DNA of 64,000 bases from Candidatus Doudnabacteria bacterium (lineage in GTDB: Bacteria; Patescibacteriota; Doudnabacteria; UBA920; 2-01-FULL-46-14). Positions 55,357 to 64,000 of the stretch are shown here, in pieces. Made by a program: the position numbers and the translations under genes. Where the stretch lies: the NCBI GenBank assembly GCA_041497195.1, contig JBGQGB010000001.1, forward strand, positions 143,672-207,671, in the 5' to 3' direction. The notes below the pieces were generated by a model that made no database searches, was not told the DNA's origin, and worked only from the letters and a program-made list of their open reading frames with translations. The first letter of the stretch is position 1, and each line of letters starts with the position of its first letter.

Positions 55357-57336
55357 TTAATTTAGTAATTTCAGATTTCTTAATAATTGGGCGTTCAATG
55401 CCACGATAATAGTACTGACAGACATCAGCAAGGCCCCAATTGCTGCAGGCAAGATGATCCCAAACAAACCCGCGGCCAGAGGAATAGCAACAACATTATA
55501 TCCGGTGGCCCAGACAAGATTTTGCACCATCTTTGCGTAAGTGGCTTTTGAAAGTTTGATAATTTTTACAATATCCCGCGGATCACTTTTAGCTAGAATG
55601 ATCCCCGCGCTTTCAATGGCTACGTCTGTACCAGCGCCCATAGCAATGCCAATATCTGCTTGGGCCAAGGCTGGCGCGTCATTTACGCCATCGCCAACCA
55701 TGGCAACCTGACTCCTATCTGTTTGCAGCTCTTTGACCTTATCGGCTTTGTGTTCAGGCAAAACTTGGGCAAAATATTCAGTGATCCCAAGTTCCCTCGC
55801 TACATATTTGGCTACAGCCTCACTGTCTCCCGTGAGCATTGCCACTCTGACTCCGGACTTCTTAAGTTCATCAATAGCCTGTTTTGATTGTTCACGGATC
55901 AAATCAGCCGTCGTTATTACCCCTATGAGTTTATTTTGCTCCAACAAATAAACTACTGTTTTGCCTTCATTGCCAGCCTGTTCAACTTTTTGGGATAAAC
56001 CGTCAAGAGTGATATTCTTTTCTTCTAGTAATTTCGGGCTGCCGACAAAAAATTCTTTCCCGTCAACCATCGCCTTCGCTCCTTGACCTGGAATTGCCAA
56101 AAAATTTTGCCCTGGCGAAAAATCGACACCAAGCTCTTGGGCTTTCTTTACAATAGCCCGGGCAATCGAGTGTTCGGAACTAGCTTCCACTGCGGCCGCC
56201 GTTTTTAAGACATAGTCCCTGCTTGACCCCTCGCTTGGCCAAATATCTACTACCCCATGTTCGCCTTTGGTAAGAGTTCCGGTTTTATCAAACAATACCA
56301 CGTCAATATTACGGGCTGATTCCAAAGCAATCCTTTTCTTTATGAGTAACCCGTTTTTTGCCGCCAAACTTGTGGAGATCGAAGTCACCAAAGGTATTGC
56401 CAGACCCAGGGCGTGCGGGCAAGCAATTACCAGGACAGTGACCATTCTTTCAAAGGCAAAAGTGGCACCTTTGTCGAGAATGAGCCAAGCAACCAAAGTC
56501 AAAATACCTGAAACGGTCGCCACAATGGTCAGATAAAACGCCGCCCGGTCCGCCAGGACCTGAGCCTTGGAACGAGACGCCTGTGCTTCGGCGACTAATC
56601 TCATTATCCCGGCTAGCGCCGTGTCTTCACCAGTCTTTGTGACTTTGATTTTCAGCGACCCATCGCCGTTGACGGTCCCTGCGATTACCTGACTGCCTTT
56701 TGTCTTTCGGACTGGCTCACTTTCTCCGGTAATCATTGCTTCATTTACAGAGGATGATCCTTCTACAATTACTCCATCAGCCGGGACTTTTGCCCCGGGC
56801 CGAGCTAATACCACATCCCCAACTTTCAATTGGGAAGTCGGGACTTTTTGACCATTTTCAAGCTCGGCTGTGTCAGGTAATAACTTGGCCAATTCCTGCA
56901 AAGCTCTCTGCGCGTTCGTCACCGATCGCATCTCCATCCAATGGCCAAAGATCATGATGGTAATCAGGGTCGCAAGCTCCCAAAAAAATTCTGCTCCTGT
57001 ATGCGAAAAAATAGAGAATAAACTGTACGCAAAAGCAACCAATATGGCCTGACTTATCAGCGTCATCATGCCAGGCTGTCTGGACCTGAGTTCTGCGATT
57101 GCACCTTTGATAAATACTGTGCCTGAATAGAAAAACAAGATCGTGCCAAAGATTGCGGGAATATATTCCGAGCCAAAAAACTTCGGCATCGAGAAATGCA
57201 GCCAATTCTGGATCGAATCGGAATATACCAGAACGGGCAGAGTCAAAATCAAACTCCACCAAAACTTGTCCCGGAACATTGCCGGCGAATGGCCTTCATG
57301 TTTGTCGTGAGTATGTTGAGAGTGATGATCGTGCAT
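55357..57336 (-). CDS. copB: copper-transporting P1B-type ATPase, CopB-like (CPH motif, His-rich N-terminus)
   Basis: The His-rich N-terminus reads MHDHHSQHTHDKHEGH. A TM CPH motif (IACPHALGLAIP), DKTGTLT phosphorylation site, TGDSEAVA, and GDGVNDAPAL are present. It lacks HMA domains, as is typical for CopB/P1B-3. Confidence 0.9.
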   Translation of the reverse strand: MHDHHSQHTHDKHEGHSPAMFRDKFWWSLILTLPVLVYSDSIQNWLHFSMPKFFGSEYIPAIFGTILFFYSGTVFIKGAIAELRSRQPGMMTLISQAILVAFAYSLFSIFSHTGAEFFWELATLITIMIFGHWMEMRSVTNAQRALQELAKLLPDTAELENGQKVPTSQLKVGDVVLARPGAKVPADGVIVEGSSSVNEAMITGESEPVRKTKGSQVIAGTVNGDGSLKIKVTKTGEDTALAGIMRLVAEAQASRSKAQVLADRAAFYLTIVATVSGILTLVAWLILDKGATFAFERMVTVLVIACPHALGLAIPLVTSISTSLAAKNGLLIKKRIALESARNIDVVLFDKTGTLTKGEHGVVDIWPSEGSSRDYVLKTAAAVEASSEHSIARAIVKKAQELGVDFSPGQNFLAIPGQGAKAMVDGKEFFVGSPKLLEEKNITLDGLSQKVEQAGNEGKTVVYLLEQNKLIGVITTADLIREQSKQAIDELKKSGVRVAMLTGDSEAVAKYVARELGITEYFAQVLPEHKADKVKELQTDRSQVAMVGDGVNDAPALAQADIGIAMGAGTDVAIESAGIILAKSDPRDIVKIIKLSKATYAKMVQNLVWATGYNVVAIPLAAGLFGIILPAAIGALLMSVSTIIVALNAQLLRNLKLLN

Positions 57337-57532
57337 GCGTGAAGCATAACAAAAAACCGCCTCAAGGGCGACTTTCGTATGGGTCCCTAGCCGAACAAAT
57401 GCTCGGACAGTTTTACGATCAGTTAGCTAGATTTATTCCTTGGGTCCTAGCCAAGTCATAAAAACTATTTTTATTTTAGCCAGATCAAAATTTTTCTAAC
57501 TTTTAAAAACATCCCGCATGAGAGATGTTTTT

Positions 57533-57787
57533 TTATTTATTGATGCTTATGGCCAACCTACGCCGAGCCCCCACAAACTCCAATGCGACCACTGCCAGAT
57601 AGATTAGGCCTGTGATACACGTTTGCGTAATATGGGCTGGAATAGTCCAAGCTAAATAAAATCCGCTCGCCAAGGTCACCGCAACTAAACCGTAAGCTAT
57701 CTGTAATCTGGGCTTGGAAGGAAAAAACAAGACAAAGCCCGAGTAAATCAGGCTGAAAGATGCGACAATTACGTGAAAGATTATCAT
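57533..57787 (-). CDS. small hypothetical membrane protein (2-3 TM) between copB and cyoE
   Basis: 84-aa hydrophobic ORF with no motif. Confidence 0.35.
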   Translation of the reverse strand: MIIFHVIVASFSLIYSGFVLFFPSKPRLQIAYGLVAVTLASGFYLAWTIPAHITQTCITGLIYLAVVALEFVGARRRLAISINK

Positions 57788-57794
57788 AAATCTA

Positions 57795-58661
57795 TTATAC
57801 TTTATTTCTTATCAGGGAATCAATGACAATGGCCACGCTCAGCATCGTGATCACGATCAACGAAAACTGGAACATCTGCCGCGCCCAGAGTTTGTCGTTG
57901 ATATTCTTCCTAAATCCTTGGAGGCACAAACCCACCCAAACACAGCCAAACACAAGAGCGACTACGAAATATATCAGCCCAGCGAACTTAAACGTGAACA
58001 GCAACGTCGTCGCAATGATAAAACCGAGAAGATATCCAAGCATGTTAACTTTGGTCAGCCAAATCCCCGACTTTGCGGGCAACACCGGAATCCCAGCGGT
58101 CCGATAATCATCGAGTCGGCGAATTGCAATGGCATAGAAGTGGGGCATTTGCCAAAACACCAGGATCAGAAATAGTAATAAAGCTCTGAGGTCGAACTGA
58201 TTGGTCACGGCCGTGTAGCCGACCACAGGCGGAACCGCGCCGGAAATCGCACCTACCAGCGTGCCATGAGGCGAGCGACGCTTGAGAAACGTGTAGATGG
58301 GCACATAAAAAATAAACCCGCCGAGCGCGGTCGTGAGAGCCAAGAGGTTGGTCCAAAAACCCAAAACCGCACAGCCAACCAGTAGCAGAACGGCTCCAAA
58401 AATTACCGCACTGTGAGGCGAAACTGCGCCTCGGGTGAGGGCGCGGTTTTTGGTTCGGTCCATTTTGCCGTCAATATCGCGATCCATCAAATTATTAAAC
58501 ACGCACGCGGATGCGATGACGAACGAGATGCCCAGTAACGTAGCCATAAGCGACAACCAGTTGATGTGACCCTGGGCTGCCAAGAAAAAACCGGCAACCG
58601 TGGTTACGGCATTACCGTAAATGATTCCCGGCTTGGTAAGTTGGTAATAAATTTTCATCAT
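57795..58661 (-). CDS. cyoE: protoheme IX farnesyltransferase (heme O synthase)
   Basis: It carries the UbiA-family motifs NNLMDRDIDGKMDRTKNR and a second Asp-rich motif. It is adjacent to the cyoD stop. Confidence 0.9.
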   Translation of the reverse strand: MMKIYYQLTKPGIIYGNAVTTVAGFFLAAQGHINWLSLMATLLGISFVIASACVFNNLMDRDIDGKMDRTKNRALTRGAVSPHSAVIFGAVLLLVGCAVLGFWTNLLALTTALGGFIFYVPIYTFLKRRSPHGTLVGAISGAVPPVVGYTAVTNQFDLRALLLFLILVFWQMPHFYAIAIRRLDDYRTAGIPVLPAKSGIWLTKVNMLGYLLGFIIATTLLFTFKFAGLIYFVVALVFGCVWVGLCLQGFRKNINDKLWARQMFQFSLIVITMLSVAIVIDSLIRNKV

Positions 58662-59006
58662 TTAAAAGCCGCCGTTCTGCTCCATTAGGTAGTTGTTCAC
58701 GTCCTGCGGGGTCATGTTGTAATTCAGATTACTCATAATCCAGAGTGAGCCGCCGACTACGACCGCAATGGCTAACACAGTGAAGAGAAAAACCCAAAGC
58801 TTCGATTTGGCCCCAAGACCTTGCCCCAAATGCAAGAAGAAAATCAACTGAACATACAACTGGATTATGGCCATTGTCACGATAGTGAAAATCAAACCCG
58901 AACCCACGAGCAAATGTTTGACCGCGAACAGATACGCGGCAATGGTCAGCAGCAGGGACAAAATAAATCCAACCACGTATGAAATGAGGGCCTTGAAATT
59001 TTTCAT
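58662..59006 (-). CDS. cyoD: quinol oxidase subunit IV
   Basis: The start was chosen at MKNFKALISY (115 aa), which overlaps the cyoC stop (ATGA). The C-terminal motif SLWIMSNLNYNM matches E. coli CyoD SIWIMWNLNYNM. The 164-aa ORF-track version overlaps cyoC and was rejected. Confidence 0.8.
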   Translation of the reverse strand: MKNFKALISYVVGFILSLLLTIAAYLFAVKHLLVGSGLIFTIVTMAIIQLYVQLIFFLHLGQGLGAKSKLWVFLFTVLAIAVVVGGSLWIMSNLNYNMTPQDVNNYLMEQNGGF

Positions 59007-59564
59007 CTTGCCGCTCCTAGCAGATACACAATAGTAAAGATAAAAATCCATACAATATCCAAAAAGTGCCAAAATAAACTCAAACTGGTCAGTTTCCGAA
59101 TATTCCCCGGCGTCAAACCTCGACTGTTCACCCGAATTAGCAAAATAATCATCCACACCAGGCCGAACACGATATGCAAACCGTGCGTGCCAACCAGAGT
59201 AAAGAATGAGGAAAGAAAGGCGCTGCGCTGAAAACTATTGCCCTCTACTATCAGATGCCAAAACTCGCTGATTTCCAAGACGAGGAATGATAAACCCAAG
59301 ATAAAGGTCGTGCCAAACCACATGACCACTTTATTTTTGTCCTGGCGCGCGAGCGCTAGCATGCCTAAGCCCGTCGTAAAACTGCTGGTGAGCAAAATAA
59401 TGGTTTCCGCCAAAACCAGGAGTCCGTTAAAGATATCGCGCTGAGCCGGACCGCCGAACGTGTTGCTCCGCAACACCGCGTACGTGGCGAAAAGCGCGGC
59501 AAACATTAACAGGTCAGTCATCAGATAGACCCAAAATCCGAAAATAGTTTTCTCGTTCGAATCG
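59003..59564 (-). CDS. cyoC: quinol oxidase subunit III
   Basis: TIFGFWVYLMTDLLMFAALFATYAVL matches the CyoC N-terminal region. The proposed start is the GTG at 59564, preceded by AGGAG and lying just after the cyoB stop at 59568; the ATG-start ORF would overlap cyoB by 59-89 nt. Confidence 0.75.
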
Positions 59565-59567
59565 TGC

Positions 59568-61538
59568 TTATCCACGGTGATTTCTCCTGGCTTCAATTTT
59601 GGCAACTTCCGCCGCCGGTATGACATATTCGGTATCTTCATCAAATGACCTGACAATCAGGCAGACGACGGCGCCGATAATACTCGCCAGAATCAGCCAG
59701 AGGATGTGCCAGACCATGGCAAACCCAAACAGAAGGGCAAACCCCGACAGATATATTCCCGCGGCCGTATTTTTGGGCATCACAATATCTTCGTATTTGG
59801 CCGCGGGTTGCTCCTGGGATTGTTTCATCTCCCAAAACGCATCGCGCGAGGTAATTTTTGGGATCACGGCGAAATTATAAACGGGTGGCGGTGATGAGAT
59901 TGACCATTCCAGCGTCCGGCCGTTCCACGGATCCCCGGTCGCGTCCACATTTTCTTTGCGCTGCTTGATACTGACAATAATTTGCAATATTTGGAGAGCC
60001 GCGCCGAAGCCAATAATGACGATGCCGCATGCCGCCACTATAAACAAACCTTGCCAGCCCGTAGACGCATCATAGTGGTCCAGGCGGCGGGTAGCACCCA
60101 TAAATCCCAAAATATAGAGTGGCAAGAAAGAGACAAAAAATCCGATAATCCAGGACCAAAACGCGTATTTACCCAAGCGTTCATTGAGCCGAAACCCCGT
60201 TACCTTCGGAAACCAATAAGTGATACCCGCAAAAATCCCGAAGAGTGCGCCTCCGATGACCATTGTGTGAAAATGCGCGACCAAAAACAACGTGTTATGC
60301 ACCTCAAAATCGACTCCCGGAATTCCCATTAATACTCCCGCCATGCCGCCCAAGGTAAAGGTAAAAACAAAGCCGATGAACCAATGCATGACTGATCCGA
60401 ATATGATTCGTCCCCGATACATGGTCGCCAGCCAATTGAAGACCTGGACACCAGTGGGGATCGCGATCACCATGGTCATAATCCCGAAAAAGGCATTGAC
60501 GTCCGCCCCGGCGCCCATCGTGAAGAAATGGTGAAGCCACACCAAACCGGACAGCAACGTGATGCCAACTGCCGCGCCTATCATGGATTTATAGCCAAAC
60601 AATCGCTTCTGGCTGAACGTCGCAACGATTTCTGAATAGATCCCAAATGACGGGAGCATGAGAATGTATACCTCCGGATGGCCCCACGTCCAGATGAGAC
60701 TGACATAGAGCATGGGGTTCCCGCCGCCGCCGGCGGTAAAGAAATGCATGCCGAACATCCGGTCCAAAGACAAGAGCAAAAGGGCGATAGCGAGAATGGG
60801 GAAAGCGGAGAGTACGAGGACCATGCTGCACAGGGATGTCCACACGAACATAGGCATTTTCATCAGAGTCATTCCCGGTGCGCGCATCTTCAAAATGGTC
60901 ACCAGAAAATTAATACCCGAGAGCAAACTCCCGAGCCCTGAGATCTGCAAACTCCATATCCAATAATCCACTCCCACGCCCGGACTGTAGGCGAGCTCTG
61001 AAAGGGGCGGGATGGCCAACCAGCCGGTCGCGGCAAATTGCCCGCCAAATACAAAAAATAAATTAATGAGCGCGGCACCGGCCACATAGAGCCAGAAACT
61101 CAAAGTGTTCAAGAGCGGAAAGGCCACGTCGCGTGCTCCAATTTGGATCGGCATTATATAATTCATCAGCCCAAACAAAAACCCCATAGTCACGAAAAAA
61201 ATCATGATGGAGCCGTGAGCCGTAAAAATCTGCTGAAAATGATTGGGGCTCAAATACCCGTGGGAGTTTCCGACTGAAAGAGACTGTTGCAGCCAGATCA
61301 TGAGGGCATCGAGCCCGCCGCGGAAGAGCATCAGCGAAGCGACGACTATGTACATTATCCCGATTTTTTTCGGGTCAGTTGAAGTCAGCCAATCCCGCCA
61401 AAGCCAGCGCCAGCGTTTGTAGTAAGTAACCAATGCGACCGCGGACAAACCGCCCAGAAACAACGCAGCGGTTCCTGCGATTGTGAACCACTCGTGTGGC
61501 AGCGCGTCCAAAGTTAGTTTTCCAAAAAACCAGCTCAT
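59568..61538 (-). CDS. cyoB: heme-copper quinol oxidase subunit I
   Basis: 656 aa. It carries [35 protein letters not shown], His ligands in helices II, VI, VII and X, and an extra C-terminal TM region, as in CyoB/QoxB. Confidence 0.95.
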   Translation of the reverse strand: MSWFFGKLTLDALPHEWFTIAGTAALFLGGLSAVALVTYYKRWRWLWRDWLTSTDPKKIGIMYIVVASLMLFRGGLDALMIWLQQSLSVGNSHGYLSPNHFQQIFTAHGSIMIFFVTMGFLFGLMNYIMPIQIGARDVAFPLLNTLSFWLYVAGAALINLFFVFGGQFAATGWLAIPPLSELAYSPGVGVDYWIWSLQISGLGSLLSGINFLVTILKMRAPGMTLMKMPMFVWTSLCSMVLVLSAFPILAIALLLLSLDRMFGMHFFTAGGGGNPMLYVSLIWTWGHPEVYILMLPSFGIYSEIVATFSQKRLFGYKSMIGAAVGITLLSGLVWLHHFFTMGAGADVNAFFGIMTMVIAIPTGVQVFNWLATMYRGRIIFGSVMHWFIGFVFTFTLGGMAGVLMGIPGVDFEVHNTLFLVAHFHTMVIGGALFGIFAGITYWFPKVTGFRLNERLGKYAFWSWIIGFFVSFLPLYILGFMGATRRLDHYDASTGWQGLFIVAACGIVIIGFGAALQILQIIVSIKQRKENVDATGDPWNGRTLEWSISSPPPVYNFAVIPKITSRDAFWEMKQSQEQPAAKYEDIVMPKNTAAGIYLSGFALLFGFAMVWHILWLILASIIGAVVCLIVRSFDEDTEYVIPAAEVAKIEARRNHRG

Positions 61539-62425
61539 GGCGTTCCTCCCATTTCCATATCGGGCACCATAAATTTCATCATAACTGAACGATACAAACC
61601 GAATTGCGCTGAAGAATAGTACGCAACCGGGTTGTCAGTACTCGGGGCGGCAAGCATCTCGTATTGAGCCATATCTAGTGTGGCTGGTGTTTGTTTGACC
61701 GTAGAAACCCAATGCTCAAAATCAGCTTGGGTCGAAGCGACAGCCATAAACTTCATCCCGGAAAATCCCAGGCCGTTTATCTCCGCGGCCGAGCCGTTGA
61801 ATTCCCCGGGGGCGTTAGCCTCGAGGTGAAGCCGTGTCGACATCCCGGGCATTGCATACATCTGGCCACCGAGTTGGGGTATCCAAAATGAATTCATCGG
61901 GGCATCAGCCGTTAATTGAAAATTGACGGGCGTGCCGCTCGGGAACTGGACAAAGTTAACAGTCGCGATATTTTGTTCCGGGTAAATAAACAACCATTTC
62001 CACCGCAGTGCCACAACTTGAATCGTGATCGGTTTGACGCTGGAATTAAGTGGTTTCAACGGGTCTAATTCGTGAGTACTTTTCCAATTGATTATTGCCA
62101 GCACGAAAATTAGGGACATCAGGATTCCCCAAAACGTAAGTTGGGTTCCAATATTATCATCCAAGTTGGGTGTATACCTGGCTTTTTTGTTGCTGGCTCG
62201 ATACTTCCAGGCTATATAAACCAACGAGGCAAATACTGGTACGACCACTAGGAGCATCAAAAGAGTTGCCGTCACGAGTAGGTTGCGTTCAGACCCCGAA
62301 ATCGGGCCCTTCGGGTTAAGGACCGCGAAATTGTGCCCGCGCACGAGGAGAAACAGCAAGAAAGCCAAACCGGCCAAGACCAGAAAAATTACTAGGAATT
62401 TGTACTTTTGGTATCTGGAACTCAT
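61535..62425 (-). CDS. cyoA: quinol oxidase subunit II (no CuA ligands)
   Basis: The start was chosen at [10 protein letters not shown], directly downstream of the promoter. Two TM helices are followed by a cupredoxin-like domain ([19 protein letters not shown]) lacking the CuA Cys/His ligands, which marks a quinol- rather than cytochrome c-oxidising enzyme. The stop overlaps the cyoB ATG (ATGA). Confidence 0.8.
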   Translation of the reverse strand: MSSRYQKYKFLVIFLVLAGLAFLLFLLVRGHNFAVLNPKGPISGSERNLLVTATLLMLLVVVPVFASLVYIAWKYRASNKKARYTPNLDDNIGTQLTFWGILMSLIFVLAIINWKSTHELDPLKPLNSSVKPITIQVVALRWKWLFIYPEQNIATVNFVQFPSGTPVNFQLTADAPMNSFWIPQLGGQMYAMPGMSTRLHLEANAPGEFNGSAAEINGLGFSGMKFMAVASTQADFEHWVSTVKQTPATLDMAQYEMLAAPSTDNPVAYYSSAQFGLYRSVMMKFMVPDMEMGGTP

Positions 62426-62443
62426 CTGATTTATCTCTGATAA

Positions 62444-62452
62444 ATTATACCA
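62444..62452 (-). promoter_or_regulatory. extended -10 promoter (TGgTATAAT) of the cyo operon
   Basis: The minus strand reads aaTGgTATAATttatcagagataaatcagATG, with the -10 19 nt before the cyoA ATG. This implies a very short leader and a weak or absent SD. Confidence 0.4.
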
Positions 62453-62686
62453 TTTTCTCAATTTTTTTGATATTAAAAAATCGTAGTCATCATATTTGAA
62501 AAATTTAGCCGCGCCAGGTCGCATACGCAGAGTTGGCAGTCAATCATCGCAAAAAAAACACCTCTTAGACAATTTCCTTGTTTGGGTCACCTGGGAACGG
62601 TGTTTGGACCTTTTTACAATCAGCTGACTAAATTTGCTGCTCCAGGGTCCAATTGTGAAGGTTGTCGGAAAAATGTTTAGCTTAAT

Positions 62687-63949
62687 CTAAAGGATTGGCT
62701 CAGGCGGTTTGGAAAGTTCCAAATGGTTCAAATTTTGATTACTGCTTTGTAAACCCCCTGACACAAACTGGCCTTCTAAAATATATTTTTGGCTATATTG
62801 AACGCTGTCAATTCCGCTACCAATGACTGGCAAATCATAGCTAGTTATGATTCCTGAGGATTCATCAGAAAAAATTGCGTAGCCGTTCACTCTTTTTAAC
62901 ATGTAGCCCTGTACCTTAACAGTCTGATTAAGAAAATTACTAGGGTGATGCGTCACGCTGCCGATTGTATTAAGAGGTAATGTTGCCGCACTCGTATCAC
63001 TAGTAGATTGTAAACGCTTGATAATATCCAATCCATCCGGAATGTTCAGCTGGCCAAGACTGTTACCAGGCTTCCCAGTCACTCCATACTGCCAGACAAT
63101 CTGTTTAGTTTGTTTATCAATTACAATCACGCGATGATTAAAGTCATCGTTGGCAAGAATGTTGCCGTTGGGAAGTTCGATGGCCAGAGAGGGCTTATTG
63201 AGTTTTACAGTATCCCCTCCATCATACTGCCAGACAATCTGGCCTAGTTTTGAAACTTCTACCACTTGACCGGGTTTACTGTAATCAGAAATCAAAATAT
63301 TTCCGGCCTTCGTCGGCTGTGGATCTGAAGGATACGCAACCGGCAGAGTCATAGAAAATACGGGCCTCCAATGCTCATCGAGTTCAATCAGATTGCGGCT
63401 GACAATGTTGCTGACATAAATATGTCCATTTGAAAGCGGGGTGTCGCCGTTGGGTTTATTTAAATCACCTAGCTTATCGTCGCAAACCTTGGTGTGCCCA
63501 TATTGGCGCACGATTTGTTTCTCTGGAGAAATTTCTATGACTCGGCAGTTTTTGATGTCCGCCACTATGATATCACCATTTGATAACTGATAAGCGTCAT
63601 CCGGCGTATTCAAAAATCCCGCTAGGTGTCCAGGCTTACCAGGAGTACCATAGCTCCATTTCACTTTTTTTGTTTGATAATCAATTAGTTCTATAATATG
63701 ATATTCTTCAAGATTAACGGTTACAGTCTGACCATTGTCAGTAAAAAAAGCATCGTCCGCGCCAAATCCTAGTTTAGGCAAATGAAAATCATACTCCCAA
63801 ACTATTTGTTTACCTGGCGTTACTTCTATGAGTCTGTTATTACCTCGGTCGGCAATCAGGACATTATAGCCACCCAAGGCTGAAAGATCCTTAGGCTGCA
63901 AATTTATTTCTTGGGGCGTTACCTTCACTGCTTGTGGTGGAGCGGACAT
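62687..63949 (-). CDS. beta-propeller repeat protein (NHL/arylsulfotransferase-like repeats)
   Basis: 420 aa with at least 5 repeats of the pattern N.R(V/L)IE(I/V)...KQIVWQYG..G (e.g. NHRVIVIDKQTKQIVWQYGVTGKPG, NCRVIEISPEKQIVRQYG). No signal peptide was found from this start. Confidence 0.5.
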   Translation of the reverse strand: MSAPPQAVKVTPQEINLQPKDLSALGGYNVLIADRGNNRLIEVTPGKQIVWEYDFHLPKLGFGADDAFFTDNGQTVTVNLEEYHIIELIDYQTKKVKWSYGTPGKPGHLAGFLNTPDDAYQLSNGDIIVADIKNCRVIEISPEKQIVRQYGHTKVCDDKLGDLNKPNGDTPLSNGHIYVSNIVSRNLIELDEHWRPVFSMTLPVAYPSDPQPTKAGNILISDYSKPGQVVEVSKLGQIVWQYDGGDTVKLNKPSLAIELPNGNILANDDFNHRVIVIDKQTKQIVWQYGVTGKPGNSLGQLNIPDGLDIIKRLQSTSDTSAATLPLNTIGSVTHHPSNFLNQTVKVQGYMLKRVNGYAIFSDESSGIITSYDLPVIGSGIDSVQYSQKYILEGQFVSGGLQSSNQNLNHLELSKPPEPIL

Positions 63950-64000
63950 TTCGTCAGTATCTGGGGAGGTATCAATATCTTCGGATTTATTATACAGAAT

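Noticed and set aside
59007-59156. 164-aa version of the cyoD ORF (58662..59156)
   Set aside because: It overlaps cyoC by about 150 nt. The internal Met at MKNFKAL gives a 115-aa protein matching CyoD length, with an ATGA overlap with the cyoC stop.
59565-59656. ATG-start version of cyoC (59003..59656 or 59626)
   Set aside because: It would overlap cyoB by 59-89 nt. An RBS-preceded GTG at 59564 lies just after the cyoB stop and gives an N-terminus of E. coli-like length.
1-64000. CRISPR arrays, IS elements/transposases, rRNA genes, prophage or integrative element
   Set aside because: No regularly spaced direct repeats, no transposase- or integrase-like ORFs apart from the chromosomal XerC/D-type recombinase, and no rRNA-like sequence were seen. 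The Xer gene lacks flanking att-like repeats or phage genes, so it is treated as the housekeeping dimer-resolution recombinase.

Overview
A gene-dense bacterial window (about 48-50% GC) of 64 kb; positions 1-28.8 kb are entirely minus-strand. The many 4-nt ATGA and TAATG start/stop overlaps suggest a small, streamlined genome (possibly Patescibacteria/CPR-like; low confidence). Housekeeping genes that can be recognised from their protein sequences include leuS, metG, glyQS, glyA, tgt, pnp-rpsO, clpB, hup, tsaC, dus, an rsuA-family pseudouridine synthase, tatD and one tRNA-Leu(CAA). The 3' quarter holds an accessory block: a copB-type P-type ATPase, DoxX, cyoE, and a cyoABCD quinol-oxidase operon. 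Four things stand out most. (1) The leuS ORF carries a complete roughly 170-aa RBBP9/YdeN-like serine-hydrolase domain (GHSLGG) inserted between the Zn-1 region and the TTRPDT start of the editing domain. (2) A second Clp/Hsp100 ATPase is membrane-anchored and has a degenerate D1 (Walker A K to R, Walker B DE to NN); it is translationally coupled to a small membrane protein. (3) A MacAB/Lol-like export operon (AbrB-like regulator, membrane-fusion adaptor carrying an extra beta-domain at its hairpin tip, ATPase, two different FtsX permeases) lies next to a strongly promoted four-gene cluster of large uncharacterised proteins. (4) A tandem partial duplication of the metG 5' end creates a 36-aa upstream ORF that mimics the MetRS N-terminus and stops 2 nt before the metG ATG. 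Other features are a textbook CIRCE (HrcA) operator over the clpB promoter, tandem inositol-monophosphatase paralogs with identical 5' ends, and a leaderless rpsO. No CRISPR array, transposase, rRNA or other obvious mobile element was found. The supplied ORF track missed a partial GT4 glycosyltransferase that runs off the left edge.
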